DNA of 64,000 bases, taken from contig NC_043015.1 in NCBI RefSeq assembly GCF_006345805.1, positions 2,356,001 through 2,420,000 on the forward strand. The letters run 5' to 3'. Below are positions 27,302 to 41,455 of the stretch, one piece after another. A program made the translations under genes and the position numbers. The stretch comes from Octopus sinensis (Eukaryota). A model generated the notes under the pieces. That model had not been told where the DNA came from. It searched no databases and saw nothing but the letters and a program-made list of their open reading frames with translations. How positions within the stretch are numbered: the first letter of the stretch is position 1; each line of letters begins with the position of its first letter.

Positions 27302-27420
27302 TAAGGTCGACTTTGTCTGTCATCCTTTTGGGAGTCGATAAATTAAGTTTTGTAGCGGGGTCGATCTAATCGACTGGTCCCCTTACCAAAAATATCGTGC
27401 CATGTGCCTATAGTAGAAAA
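27302..27420 (+). mobile_element. 5'-truncated SINE A-related copy (variant tail)
   Basis: AAGGTCGACTTTG...CATCCTTTTGGGAGTCGATAAATTAAG...GTGCCTATAGTAGAAAA. Confidence 0.75.
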
Positions 27421-27585
27421 ACATATGAGTATGTAAATACACAGAGATACAAACACACACACACACACACGCACCAACACACGTTGAAATGTATCTGTAT
27501 TAATATATGTAGAAAGAGTTTTAGAGAGTGAGAGAGTATATTGTTTCGATTCATACTTTTCTTTCTATGGTACTTCAAGTATAAA

Positions 27586-27820
27586 GCGGCGAGCTGGCAG
27601 AAACGTTAGCACACCGGGCGAAATGCTTAGCGGTATTTCGTCTGCCGTTACGTTGTGAGTTCAAATTCCGCCGAGGTCGACTTTGCCTTTCATCCTTTCG
27701 GGGTCGATAAATTAAGTACCAGTTACGCACTGGGGTCGATGTAACCGACTTAACACCTATGTCTGTCCTTATTTGTCCCCTCTGTGTTTAGCCCCTTGTG
27801 GGTAATAAAGAAATAGGTAT
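27586..27820 (+). mobile_element. SINE family A, full length, with degenerate 15-bp TSD
   Basis: Full family A sequence; flanks GGTACTTCAAGTATA (27569-27583) / GGTATTTCAAGTGTA (27816-27830). Confidence 0.93.
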
Positions 27821-28181
27821 TTCAAGTGTACTACACCGCAAATGTACAATTTGCATAGGTATTCTCTGCGTTGCAAAGGGTGACTTACTTCACTTATGCG
27901 ATACGCTGTTCAAATTTGCATCAATGTTAAGTAACTTCGTTTTTTAAATTGTAATACTCAATATGCGAACGAATGCTGAATCGTTCTGTTTCTCTTGTAG
28001 ATCTCTAAACAGCATATTTCAAACTTCGATCTGACAGTTTCAGTGATGCATTTCAGATGAAAGATTGAAATTCTAAAAGCGAATGAATTCTATATAAACA
28101 AGCATATACATCGATCGTGCATGATAACGAGTAAAACACACAGGCACATACACGAATCACGCCCGCGCATGTGTGTGTTTT

Positions 28182-28237
<56 letters not shown>

Positions 28238-28644
28238 TGTGTGTGCGTATATACAAAAATATGCACAGACACGATCGCGCGAACGCACACACACGCTTAT
28301 ATACATATATTGAGGATGTATCGAAAACCATGAATCGTAGAATATACTCTACCTTCGCTTTCTAAGGCTCTTTCTACATATAAAAGTACAGTTATATTAT
28401 TGTGTGTGTCTCTTTGTGTGTATATATATATATATAAATCTTTAAATCCGGATATCGACAGCTGTTATGTCATATACTGTCAGAAAGTTCGGCAATATGT
28501 ATAGATAATCTGTCTAATAATTTGTAAGGTCAATAAAAGTAACTAGGGAAGGAATATAGTGGATACTTGATTAATTTTAATTGTGTCATGAAAAAAAACA
28601 CAGACTCCCAAACATATACACACACATATATATGCATACATTTG

Positions 28645-29004
28645 AATGTCTTCTTTCAGTTTCCGTCTACGAAATTCACTCACAAGGTCTTGGTGGGCCC
28701 GAGGCTAGGGTAGAAGACATTTGCCCAAGGTGCCACGCAGTGGGACTGAACCCGAAACCATGTAGTGTTAAGAAAGCTACTTTATTTTATTTTAGGGGAC
28801 ACTACAACAGATGTGGGGACATATAACAATTAAAAAATAAAACATAATATAATGATTGAACATGAAAATGCACATGAAGAACAAATTAAAATATGATAAT
28901 ATGAATGATATCTGAAAATTATATTATGAAGAGTGTACTACTCACCCAACTCGGGACCATGGAGTAATTAAGCAAGCTACTTACCACACAGCGTCTTTTA
29001 CGCC

Positions 29005-29005
<1 letters not shown>
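28645..29005 (-). mobile_element. SINE B 5' half, interrupted by a ~140-bp insert
   Basis: 28645-28781 matches the SINE B head/CORE; insert starting (TTTTA)n; head resumes about 28930-29005. Confidence 0.75.
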
Positions 29006-29042
<37 letters not shown>

Positions 29043-31069
29043 CATGTATGTATAATTTTTTTCAAATTTCTACCCTCAAATTTCTTACTTGATTAGTATG
29101 TTCAGTAAAACCCATGACAAGATGGAAAACGCCCGTTAAATGGTGAGAATGAAGCTGGTGATGGTGAAGATCATGAAGGTATTTAGTTCTTTTTTCGGTG
29201 GATATGCTTCCGGTGTATACATATGTATGTAAATTCGTACCCCAATAAAATTGCACTCCATTGGTGTTGGTCCGATAAAGCTACAGGGTGATACACAAGC
29301 ACTCAGGTATTAATGCAGTGAAACATATAAAAGAAACATTTGTAAGTTTATGAAGTTCATAACAATTTCTTTTTCCCCTGTTCCACATATATCTAGTTAA
29401 TTTCTATGTGTGTGTAGCTTTCTGTATGTTTGTTTGTGTGTGTGCATCCTTCGGTGTGTATATGTGAGTGTGTGAATGTGTGCTAAGAAATCGCCTGTGA
29501 ATGCACAAACACACAAAGATTCTCACACACAATGATACCCCACACACATATATGCACTTATATATATGTTGCGGATATTTGTTTCGATTTTCTATACTAT
29601 ATCATGTATTCTTTACAACTTACCTGCTATATGTGAAAACTGATAAATTATTCCTAAATATTCAAGCAATATCTTGAGGTTTCTTTAATACTTTTCCTTT
29701 AATACAGGTGTGCGTTGAATTACTTTACATCCTCAGTGTTATGCATATTAAATGTAAAAAATTATATCATATCTGTTTTCTAAAACATCATTATTAAAAT
29801 TTCCTCACTGATATAAAGCAGTAATATTTATTTCTTGTGTATTTTTATATTTGAAATCAAAGAATATTTTGATAATTTATTATTTTAACCCAGCTGTCTT
29901 CTGGAATATCTTCCGTACAGTCTTGACATTTATGAAATGATAAATCTGTCAGTTGAGTTTCCCTGCTTAATATTTGGATGTCAAAATATCTTCAAATAAA
30001 GAGAGTGGATATTTTAATTCTACATTTTGCTACATAGAATTGTGATGATCAATTTTTATCATGTTTATTTCAGTCGGTGATTCTCAATATCTTCGTATAC
30101 GGTAGAAAAAAAACAACTAAATTTTCTTTTTGCATAACCAGACTTCCTATGTAATATTACAGATTTTTTTGTCGTAAATATCATATACTGAAAACTTTTG
30201 GAAAACTAACAACTATATATAGGGGAAAAAATATAATTTCAATAATTTTTATCTGCGTATTTCTAAAACGAAATCACGCAAAAAAATTGTGTTCATTCAA
30301 GAAAATTTGCAGGGAAGTTTTCCGTTTTTCTGGGAAGATATAGACATTCAACCTTCAAAATTTATGATAAATTGTATAATGATTGTTCGGGTAATGCGAG
30401 ATTTGAATGATTAATTGAAGAAATCAGTTTATTGTACATATGCATATATGATGATCAATTGCCTCATAATGAAACTTGTCGAAAATTGTATAAATATATT
30501 TGAGGTAGGAACTGTATTTGGATATTTAAATACTTATTGTTCAATTCGATCCCACGGCTTTGAAATCTAGAAAAAGAGCTTTCTACTGTAACAAAGATTG
30601 AAAAATGTCAGAAAATAATGTTTGTTTTCACGTATTTTTCTGCGTTCAAATAATGCTTTTAATGGAATCTATTTCGGAGCAACAGGATTATTTTTCATAT
30701 AAAAAATATAAGACATTTGTAGAGGTTACCTTCTCCATAGAATCGCCACTGTATATTGTTATACTTCAGTTTGTATTTATTGTACATTTTATTTATTTTG
30801 CAGATTTCATCAAAAATGGAAGTCTGCAACATATAGCAGACATCACAGAATCTGAACCACTTCCCATAAACCTTCTCATCCCATTCATTGCTACAGACAC
30901 CGTGGCCGAACATTCTACCATCATTACTTTGCTGTAACGTCACTGTGGCGGCCGCGTCAGTGTAAGTTCGGTATCACTGTCTCATTATCTTTGCTTTCTT
31001 CGGTGAGAGTGGTTGTATATGACTATAGCTGTTGCAGTTATGGGGCGGCATATGCGTTACAAAACAGTA

Positions 31070-32650
31070 GTTTGACTCACAGGAATCCTGTAAGTCCTTC
31101 AAAGAAAGCCAGCTTCCATCTAAGAGGGAAATAGTAGCATTGTTTATAAACTACAAGAACAACGAAAAGCAACAGCTGACGACAACGACTTTTTCGACTG
31201 CGGGAGATGTTATGGAGGCATGGGAAAATGCACGCATCCCAAAAGTATTGAAGTGTAATGTTGTGGAGAGAGAAAAGAAAATTATCAACGAGTGGGCGAA
31301 ACTGAAGAAGAACAGAAATAATAAGTAATCACCTACAATACTTCAAAAACAAGAGAGCTGACAAAACCACTTGGAAGATCTGTTTGATATTGCACATACA
31401 ATTGCTCTTGACATGATAAATATAGACGAAAATCGTGAGTTTTTTATGCTGCAACGACAAAAGGGACGAAAAGGTAAAATGGCTGGAGGGGATAAAGTTT
31501 TATCACAAATAGAAGAGATTGCTAGAGAAAGGGAAGCATTGTTCGAAAAGAAAAGAAAGAGGGTAACGGCAATTTTCCAAGCAACGATACACTCAAGCTC
31601 AAATCCTTCAAGTTAGAATCAACATCTGAAGAAGAATTTGTTGCTGACCCTATCGAAATACATTAGGACGGCAGAGAAAGAGAAAATATTACTGGTCAGA
31701 AAATTGTTGAACGACTGCCAGTTCTAATTTCTGAACAAAGAGTTGATCAGCTTCAGAGGAGCAGGTCAAAGCGTTGCAGATACTCTCCATCAGTTCCATA
31801 CTAGAGTGGAATATATCTGACCAAGTGAAGGGTATTTGTTTTAACACCACTCTCGCGAAAACACAGATTCTAGGAGTGATGCTTGTATGTTACTAGATCA
31901 AAGATTGAATAAAGACATGCTGTGGCTGGTTTGCCGATATCTCATTTTCGAAATAGTGTTAGCATCTGCAGTCTCTCTCTCCTAGCCATTTTCTACTAGC
32001 CCTAAAATACAACTGTTTAATTGATTCAAATTAAAATGGATGGAAATTGTCAAAAAACAATTACCAAACAGCAACATATGACCCTAACATTGCAGAGAAA
32101 ATCTCAAATGCTGAAGCAATCATTCAATTTGCTAAAGCTCAGCTTGATGACTAGAAGGCAATGCTTGAGGTAACGCTCATTCTCTTCGGTTGTACCCTCA
32201 AATCACAAATCAAATTTAAAGCACCCGGAGCTTATTACATAGCATGATGAATGACCAAGTTAATTTACTGCATTAAAATGTGGATGTTTAAATCTCAGTT
32301 TAATCTGAGAGAGAGAGAAAAATGTTTAGATATACATCAGATAGTAGTAACTGGTATCCGTACCCTCATGCGCACCACCCTCCCCTTTCAGATTTGAATT
32401 TTGGGCAAAGTCTGCAGGTCTACAAGCAAAGGGATGACAAAATTGCAAGTGCTGCACTCAATAAAATTATGACACATTTGTGGGGCCTCTCTGAGGAGCT
32501 TGTGGCGCTTGCATTTTGAGAAACAAAAAAACGAAGCTTGCTCTGCAGGATCCATTTGACTCAAAACCGAGCAAATGAGCATGAATAAATCCTAAATCAG
32601 GTGGGCAGACACAACTGTAGGGTGTCGTTACTGCCAACACAAAAAAGATT
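31070..32650 (+). pseudogene. Decayed DNA transposase, probably hAT-related (hATm-like)
   Basis: WENARIP, NEWAKLKKN, DLFDIAH..AL.MI.I.E.REF...QRQKGRKG.MAG.D, CFNTT...NT....DAC.LLDQ, LWLVCRY (degenerate CxxH), HLWGLSEELVALAF; many stops and frameshifts. Superfamily call is from memory. Confidence 0.6.
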
Positions 32651-32737
32651 CTTTGAAATCCTAGAGTTGCCTTTCACTTCTCTTCCAAAATATGGTGTAG
32701 ATTGGAATGTTGGTGAAAAGTATTCGAATGCATGAGA

Positions 32738-32816
32738 TGTGATCGACGTAAACTCTTTGTCTATCCCTGTTTGTCCCCTTTATGTATTGCACCCTTTGGG
32801 CAATAAAGAAATATGT
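32738..32816 (+). mobile_element. SINE A 3' fragment
   Basis: GATCGAC...TGTTTGTCCCCT...TTTGGGCAATAAAGAAATA. Confidence 0.65.
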
Positions 32817-33226
32817 ATGCATATATATATATATATTTATATATAAATATTTTTCTGTGACAATTAGAGGTTGGGAGACCAACGCACACACACACGCACA
32901 CACACACACACGCACGCACGCACACGCATATACATACTGGGCAATAACTGTATATAATATATGTGATAATGATATTTAATCTCTGATTTAAAATCGACAA
33001 TTTTTAAATATAATCAAATGATAAAAAATCGATCCCACAAATCTTAGCTGTCATCTAACTCACAAAGCCTTTCGCGTTTATTTATAAAAAATATATTTGT
33101 TTATGTAGTTATATATATATATATATATATACAACATTTAACCTTAGTAATTTTAACCTTTACAGGTATTTTTTAATATGCTGGCCAATGATAACATTTT
33201 TTTTTCGAAAAAATGTTATCCTACAT

Positions 33227-33329
<103 letters not shown>

Positions 33330-33453
33330 AGGGTGAGGGTGGGTTGGTGGTTGGATGGATGGATGAATGGACGGACTGACAGATATATATAGGTAGGTAG
33401 GTGGATATATGTATATAAAGTGATAGATAGATAGATAGATCATTGTATTTGCT

Positions 33454-33770
33454 GTGATACAAGGTGATTTCAAATGTTCTAAAATTGGCGTCCCTGCCTT
33501 CTTAATCAAACAGCCCTCGCCAGTTGTGTACAAGTTTTCGAAGACATGGAAGCATTCCCTCATGGATCTCATTCGTGGAATATTTTGCTGCACTATCTGC
33601 CACAATATTATTGTGAACCTACACGTTTCATTGTAATCTCACCCACCCCAAAATTCTCAAATATTAGTATTAGATCCATCAGAGTGTCTGCACCAGGCAT
33701 TACTCTGCAGTGCACTACGCTTCTCTAGTACTTGAAAATTCCGAACATGATCTCTGCGATTGAACAATCA
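33454..33770 (-). mobile_element. Tc1/mariner 3' remnant with one terminus
   Basis: Minus strand resembles DLN.IENFWG and VFENL....EGCLIKK.G...EHL, ending ATCACCTTGTA (forward TACAAGGTGAT, like TACAGGGTG termini). Confidence 0.5.
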
Positions 33771-33842
33771 CTGTAGATAGATAAATCGATATATAAAGAG
33801 GAAGGTGGAGAGAGAGAGAGAGAGAAAGTCATATAGGGAAAG

Positions 33843-33897
<55 letters not shown>

Positions 33898-34407
33898 TAG
33901 ATAGATAGATAGATAGATAGGTAGATAGATAGATAGATGGAGATATATCGATATATAGTGAGGAAGAGAGTGACGGAGAAGGGGGGGAAGAGAAATGTAG
34001 TAAGATGATAGAAGATATTGTCTTTTAAAACTGGTTCTGTCTCCTTGAGCTCTAAGTTGAAATGCTGGCGAGGATAACATATATCTTGCATTCCAGTTCA
34101 ATACAAAGATTAGGTAAGGCGCTGAGAAAGTTGGATAGATGCTTTGAAGTTTCCTTTTCGGCAATTTGTATTCACGGCAAAAGTCACGTGCCACCATTAC
34201 GTTTAATCCTTCACATCATATTTCGCCCGGCTATAGCTGTCTTTCATGTATGCGGGACTGCTAATCTTGCCAACACTTTCGAAATATAGGAAGAAATAAT
34301 CTAAAAGACGAGATTCAATAAGTTAAGGCGAATGAGCCAAATACACAGACAGACACATACACACACGCACATATGTATATATATATATATATATAAATAT
34401 GCGTGTG

Positions 34408-34461
<54 letters not shown>

Positions 34462-34531
34462 TATATATATATGTATAAATATATATTTATAAGTATATAT
34501 TATATATGTATGAATATATATGTATTTATAT

Positions 34532-34597
<66 letters not shown>

Positions 34598-35192
34598 TAT
34601 ATATATACATATACACACATATACATATATAATTATTGTATATACATATATAAATATATTTTTGCACTCATATTTAAAGAATGGCTAAGATAAACTTATG
34701 TAAATTAAAATCTCTTTAATTTGTTAATAAATTCAAACACCCCAATTTAATTCTGTACTAAGGAATGCGGAAATACAGTTATATAATATGCTAATTTGTT
34801 TTGCATGCCACAGTGAAATAAATCAGGAGTGGCTGAAGACATGAAGAATAAAGGAATGAGCTAATACCAATTTCAAACGTAAAATCAAGGAATTGATTTA
34901 TAGATGAATCGAATTTTGCCTTAATTTCGAACGCAAAATTTCCTAAAGTACGAATCGTGACACACATTAAGTCACTGTTACAAATACTTTGATAATGCAG
35001 CACAATTAATAACTACATCTCTGCCATTTTCGTATGTACATGTTGGCATGCACCTTGGTATATAATTTCTGTAGATTTGAATAATCGATTCCTTTTATTC
35101 TACACTATATTAAATCAATATTTCTGCTGCACTTTATGAAATATCATACCAATTATTTTTCGTCATGGAATTATAGGTAAATTCTCTTTCTC

Positions 35193-35438
35193 TTTCTTTT
35201 ACTTGTTTCAGTCATTTGACTATGCCCATGCTGGAGCACCGCTTTTAGTCGAGCAAATTGACCCCGGGACTTATTCTTTGTAAGCCCAGTACTTATTATA
35301 TCGGTCTCTTTTGCCGAACCGCTAAGTGACGGGGACGTAAACACGCCAGCATCGGTTGTCAAGCAATGCTAGGGGGACAAACACAGACACACAAACACAC
35401 ACACACACACCACATATATATATATATATATTATATAT

Positions 35439-35479
<41 letters not shown>

Positions 35480-35646
35480 TACGACAGGCTTCTTTCAGTT
35501 TCTGTCTACCAAATCCACTCACAAGGCATTGGTCGGCCCGGAGCTATAGCAGAAGACACTTACCCAAGATGCCACGCAGTGGGACTGAACCCGCAACCGT
35601 GTGGTTGGTTAGCAAGCTACTTACCACACAGCTACTACTGCGCCTT
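35193..35646 (-). mobile_element. CORE-type SINE family B, full length
   Basis: Matches the 9567 copy along its length, with an expanded internal (TA)n. Confidence 0.93.
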
Positions 35647-36135
35647 ATTAACATTTCGTAAAGCTTTTCTGATCTATCCATTTAATCATGGGTACTACTT
35701 ATCTACGACAACAAATTATTAAATCCGAGGTCCATCTAACCTCGGATAAGTGTTGGATTATGTTATTCATTTATCCATCCGCATAAAATTGGAAGGTATG
35801 TTTTTGCACACGGAATTTTGTGCGTAATTGTGAATATGTATATAAGTTTATTAAATATAAATAAATATGCCTGTGTGTGTGTGTGGATGTGTGTATGAAT
35901 AACGTAATACTTGGACATATATACGTATACTTACACAGATACATACATTCTCACACACACATGCACGCACAAGCACGCAATTTCAGTACAATACATAGAT
36001 ACATACATGTATTGATATATTGATATAAATTTATAAAAGAGTGTGAAAAATTTGATATTAATTTAATAATACCATCAATTTAACACCAAGTGTCTTAGCA
36101 CATAAAAACCAAGGGAAAAATACAAATTTATACAT

Positions 36136-36510
36136 AAACATTAGAGAGTGACCACAATGTGTTTCACTCTAGTGCTAAAAATAGCTCCACTAATGGTATA
36201 GCCACTAAAAGTTGTTTCCAAGAAGAAATACCACTACATTTAACGTAAGCTAAGTGAAACACAACGAAAAAATAGATTAACCCTGAACAATTGTTTCATT
36301 ATTAATATAATAAGCAGTTTTACTTACACAAGATACATAAATCTTCAGCAGAGGTTTGTCTTAAATACATTTTATTAAGTCGCAGCGAGCGTCAAATACA
36401 CGTGCGTTTAATCGATTGAATTCGTAGTTATGATTCAAATTTCCCCGCCAAAAGAGCGATAAGACTTTTAGCACTAGAGTGAACCACATAGTAGTCACTC
36501 TCTAATATTT
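36136..36510. repeat. ~45-bp inverted repeats (36136-36180 / 36466-36510)
   Basis: AAACATTAGAGAGTGACCACAATGTGTTTCACTCTAGTGCTAAAA vs TTTTAGCACTAGAGTGAACCACATAGTAGTCACTCTCTAATATTT. Confidence 0.85.
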
Positions 36511-36683
36511 ATGGATTTTCTATTATATATATATATATATATATAAAATAGAAAATCAGTAGAGTCCGATGCTATAGTAACTCTGATCTCATACTTCCTT
36601 CAAGTGTGATCACGAAAAGAAATCACTCAGTATCGTATAGGAAGACATATTTACACACATACATATGCATACATACATAGATG

Positions 36684-36765
<82 letters not shown>

Positions 36766-38150
36766 ATCAATTTAGGGTAGCAAAAAATTCAACAGAAATC
36801 AGAACTTGTGAGTCCCCTTTGACTCGCTAAAAGATGATCAGAAACCAATTGGTCCAGGGTATTAGATGGTAATTTTTTTTCATTTCCAAATTTATTCCTG
36901 TCGAATTTTATCCGTTATTTTTGTGGTTTACAGAACCTAGCTGTTCATTCTAATGTGTTGAACTCCCTTTAAGTGGATTCCTTATATATTATATATAAAA
37001 TAAAACTGAAACTAGTCACATATGAGGCGGTAACTAAATAAAAATGCCGAGCATTGAATGATATAGGGAAACACCAAGAGTTTAAATTGTATTTAATGTG
37101 TCCCAATAATTGTTCTGTCTCAGCTATAAGATTTATTTCGAATACTCTTTTAGGGAATTGAAAAACGCACATTTTAAAATCGTGGGAAGAATTACTTAGC
37201 TTGAAGATTTCTACTTAATTTGTTGGTTCACAAGGCATACGTCGAAGGTAATTGAAAGAGAAAACGAATGAATGACTATAACTAATATGTTAAGAGTAAT
37301 AAAAATGTATGAATAAACAGTTAAGAAATAATTGCTGTGTAACAGAAGTAAATTATAACCAATCGTGGGAGGATAAGTGCCACACATAAATGAATCGATG
37401 ACTTTGATGGAAATTTATTTATCGAAACAGTAAACGGTAAATTCAAAGTTTAACACTGTGAAATGGGAATTGCTTTTATTACTCCCAAACAAATAACGGA
37501 CCACCTGTCAACGATGCCGGAACGTCTCTGCCAATTCTATTCCTTTATGTTTGCGTAACCTATGAAATATTTATTGACACTCTTAACAAGCTATAAGTTG
37601 CTATTGACTTCTTTTTTATAACGCTTTAAATTTACAGAGATTGTTTGGACAAAAACTGTATCGAAATTTTACTTTCATTTTTTGAATATAAAATATAATG
37701 AAAATACAGTACTTATATACTTGTCGAACTACAGAATAAACATTTCAAACATTAGCGTATTTTTAAAGCTATTAAATCTATTTCTGTATACAAAGGTGAC
37801 AGCAACACAAACTGAAAATTTCGAGTTTGTCAATCTCATAATTTAGGATTCGATATATATTTTATAATGATATATAGCAGCAAAATATATTCTAATATAT
37901 CAAAACACAAAATTCTGGACATTACTTCAGATCGATCGATATAATTTTATATTCAGATGAATAAATCTACATTTATATTTACATCTATTACTCCATATAT
38001 ATTTAGATTGTGAGCTGTTTTTCGGTTTTTGTCTCTTTGTTCCCTGCTTTCAATGTCTGTCTCTGTATCTATCTATATATCTATCTATCTATCTGTCTAT
38101 CTCTACATGTGTGAGAGTATGAGTTGTGTGAGAAAGACACGTACAGAAAG

Positions 38151-38192
<42 letters not shown>

Positions 38193-38210
38193 TTATATAT
38201 ATATATATAT

Positions 38211-39066
38211 ATTGATAGATAGATAGATAGAAAAATGGATAGAGGTCAGGAGGCGTGTGTTATATTGTATGTTAATACGTAATGATACATATTTGCCTGA
38301 TGATTTCAGTTAGTGTTTATTATTGGGAACCTATTTTATAATGTACGGTCATGAAACGTAGATTTTGAAAGCGTGCACACTGCCTCATGTATCTATTCAT
38401 CCACGCGTCCATCATACCTAAATACCTATCTACGGATCTTCCTACCTACGTATCTACATCCTTATTACCTTCCTACCTATCTATCTGTCTATCTATCTAT
38501 CTGGCCTATTACACAAACGGACAAGAGCACATATGCATATATATTATATATATATATATATATATACATATATACATACATATATATAAACAGATGCATA
38601 CACATATATATATACATGCATATACATGTATATGTGTGCATGTATATATATGCATTTATATATATTTATATATATATATACACTATATACATAAACATAA
38701 ATATATATACACATATATATATATATATAATATATATATATATATTGATAGATAGATAGATAGAAAAATGGATAGAGGTCAGGAGGCGTGTGTTATATTG
38801 TATGTTAATACGTAATGATACATATTTGCCTGATGATTTCAGTTAGTGTTTATTATTGGGAACCTATTTTATAATGTACGGTCATGAAACGTAGATTTTG
38901 AAAGCGTGCACACTGCCTCATGTATCTATTCATCCACGCGTCCATCATACCTAAATACCTATCTACGGATCTTCCTACCTACGTATCTACATCCTTATTA
39001 CCTTCCTACCTATCTATCTGTCTATCTATCTATCTGGCCTATTACACAAACGGACAAGAGCACATA

Positions 39067-39108
<42 letters not shown>

Positions 39109-39262
39109 TACATACATATATATAAACAGATGCATACACATATATATATACATGCATATACATGTATATGTGTGCATGTATATATATGCATTTATATATA
39201 TTTATATATATATACACTATATACATAAACATAAATATATATATACACATATATATATATAT
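38211..39262 (+). repeat. Near-identical 533-bp tandem duplication
   Basis: Unit 1 starts 38211, unit 2 starts 38744 (ATTGATAGATAGATAGATAGAAAAATGGATAGAGGTCAGG...). Confidence 0.95.
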
Positions 39263-39281
39263 ACTATATGTATAAACATAA

Positions 39282-39313
<32 letters not shown>

Positions 39314-41011
39314 TATATTATATATATATATATATATACATTGGGAATTTGTATATGTTTCTATATATTTCGTTAAACGCAACATCCCATAGGCAAACAC
39401 GCATAGGTTATCACGCTGACTGGACTGCCTTCCCAAATAACTTAACACACAGAGACATATACAAATTTATGAACGTGTATTATATAAAAAATCACAACTT
39501 GTTGGCTTCGTTGTCTATGTACAATCCAAGTATATACATTTTCCCCATTCAATTAACCTAATGTTTTCAACTTCAAACGCATCTGTACATTGCCTGCAAC
39601 TTATCCGAATAATTTCTTTTCAATGCTTAGAAGATATCTAAAGGAATTATGCTGATATTGATGCAAACACATCAGCTCTCGTTAAGGAATCATGAAAGAT
39701 AAATCACTCATTGGTCATTAATAGATGCCAACGTACTGAATCCTCAGTTGTCATATTCATTCGATGGTATTTCATCACACAAGCTTCCATGCTTGATTCA
39801 CTTTAACTGTATACAGTCAGTAAATATATATTTTGTTTATTCATCTCTGTCAGGTGTATATAACTACATAAAAAGATGACAAGGCAATTGTAGGAATTAT
39901 TTGTAAATTAAAAATACATTAACGTAATGAAAGTAATTTGTCCACTTTGAGTTACGGACTTACACTTGTTCGTTTTGATTCGCTTAATTTCAAACAGAAT
40001 CATGATTGATATTCTCATTCGAGAAGCTTTAGACGTCATACAAATCATTATTTACATACTTTGATAGTATAAAAAAAGTATTTCGGATTATTTAGATGCA
40101 TAAAATCCATTTTCGTTGTTCGCCAGAAAAAAATGATCAAAACATATGCAGATTGATAACTTTATTTGCAAGTTGGTAATTTATAGCGTTCTAAATTACA
40201 CCAATAAAGTATTCTCCCATTTTCCAATGTGCAAATTTTTTTACCTTATAAATGAAAGTGCATTTATCATATTCGTACTGTTTCAGTTTCTGCAAATATT
40301 ATCAAATGTGTGTCTGACATACAACCCTGTTTTAGTGGAGACCTAAACGCGTGGACTTCCTAATACGATATTCTTTGTATTTAATTTTGAATACAAACTT
40401 TACGCTAATTCTTAACTATATTAACGATAGTATTGGTCGTAGCTTCCTGCTTCTCAGGAACGGAATTCTATTCGAATTTCAGACATGAATTAAGTCCTCA
40501 CGTTTGAATTATCTATACACCTTGATAAAACACCGTTAACAAACCACATATTGTGTATCTTGTCTTCATTTATGTGACTGATATTATTATAGAACGATAC
40601 AATGATCGTTCGTTCGTTCGTTTGTGCAATGTTTATTCGTTGTTCACAGAAATCTACTTCAATGAGAGTCAATCAGTTGGTAACATTTGAATAATTACTG
40701 ACGAACTTGTGTAAACTTCTGAAAATGTTTAATAATACACTGTGCCGTAATTATTGCATACGGATAGAAACACTCGCATATTAGATTGCAGTGGTGTATA
40801 ACTACATACGCACGCACGCATAACTTGAATTATCACTGCATATATTTATGACAAAATATTAATATAGATACACACACGTGTACATAAACTAATACTCAAA
40901 CAAACACATACATGTATTTGTATACAAGCTTATGCTGACACACGCATACGTCTGTAAGGTGATGAGTGTACATATACATATATAACTAAATAAAAAATAG
41001 TATATATATAT

Positions 41012-41338
41012 TTGCCATCAATATGTAGGACAAGATACAGTGATAGCCTGGGCTTGCTAGGCCCACAACTCTTCAATATCCGCCCGAAGAACCTAAGAGA
41101 CATGCATGGGGTTGATGCAGATGTCTTTAAAATGAAAATGGATTTCTTTTTGTCAGGTGTCCCAGATGAACCAACTTCACGGCAGGAGGGGTCGATGAGG
41201 GCAGCTGCATCGAACTCTCTCATGTACCAGATGACATTTGCTATAAAGCATTAGTGAAGTAAAATCATGTAGCAACACCAAATGGCGGTGCCCCAGCATG
41301 GCCACGGCTCGTGAGCTGAAACTAAATAAAATAAAAAA
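41012..41338 (+). mobile_element. 3' end of a CR1-like LINE (ORF2 C-terminus + 3'UTR + A-rich tail)
   Basis: GPQLFNI.PKNLRD...DVFK.KMD.FL..VPDEP....RAAASNSL then stop; tail (TAAAA)n. Confidence 0.8.
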
Positions 41339-41455
41339 ATCAAAAAAATTAAACATTAATAATAATAATATGAGAACAAAAGAATGATTTAGACCTGGAT
41401 ATTATGTAAATAGAGGAGTTTGTCTATAAATATAATATGTGACAATTAGTTGGTT

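Noticed and set aside
34791-35003. Minus ORF with SINQFLDFTF resembling a Penelope thumb FLD motif
   Set aside because: A single short motif with no supporting neighbours.
36803-36860. GAAA-CCAATTGG-TC-CAGGGT, a possible HHR 3' half
   Set aside because: No CUGANGA core and no stem II closing next to GAAA; too eroded to call.
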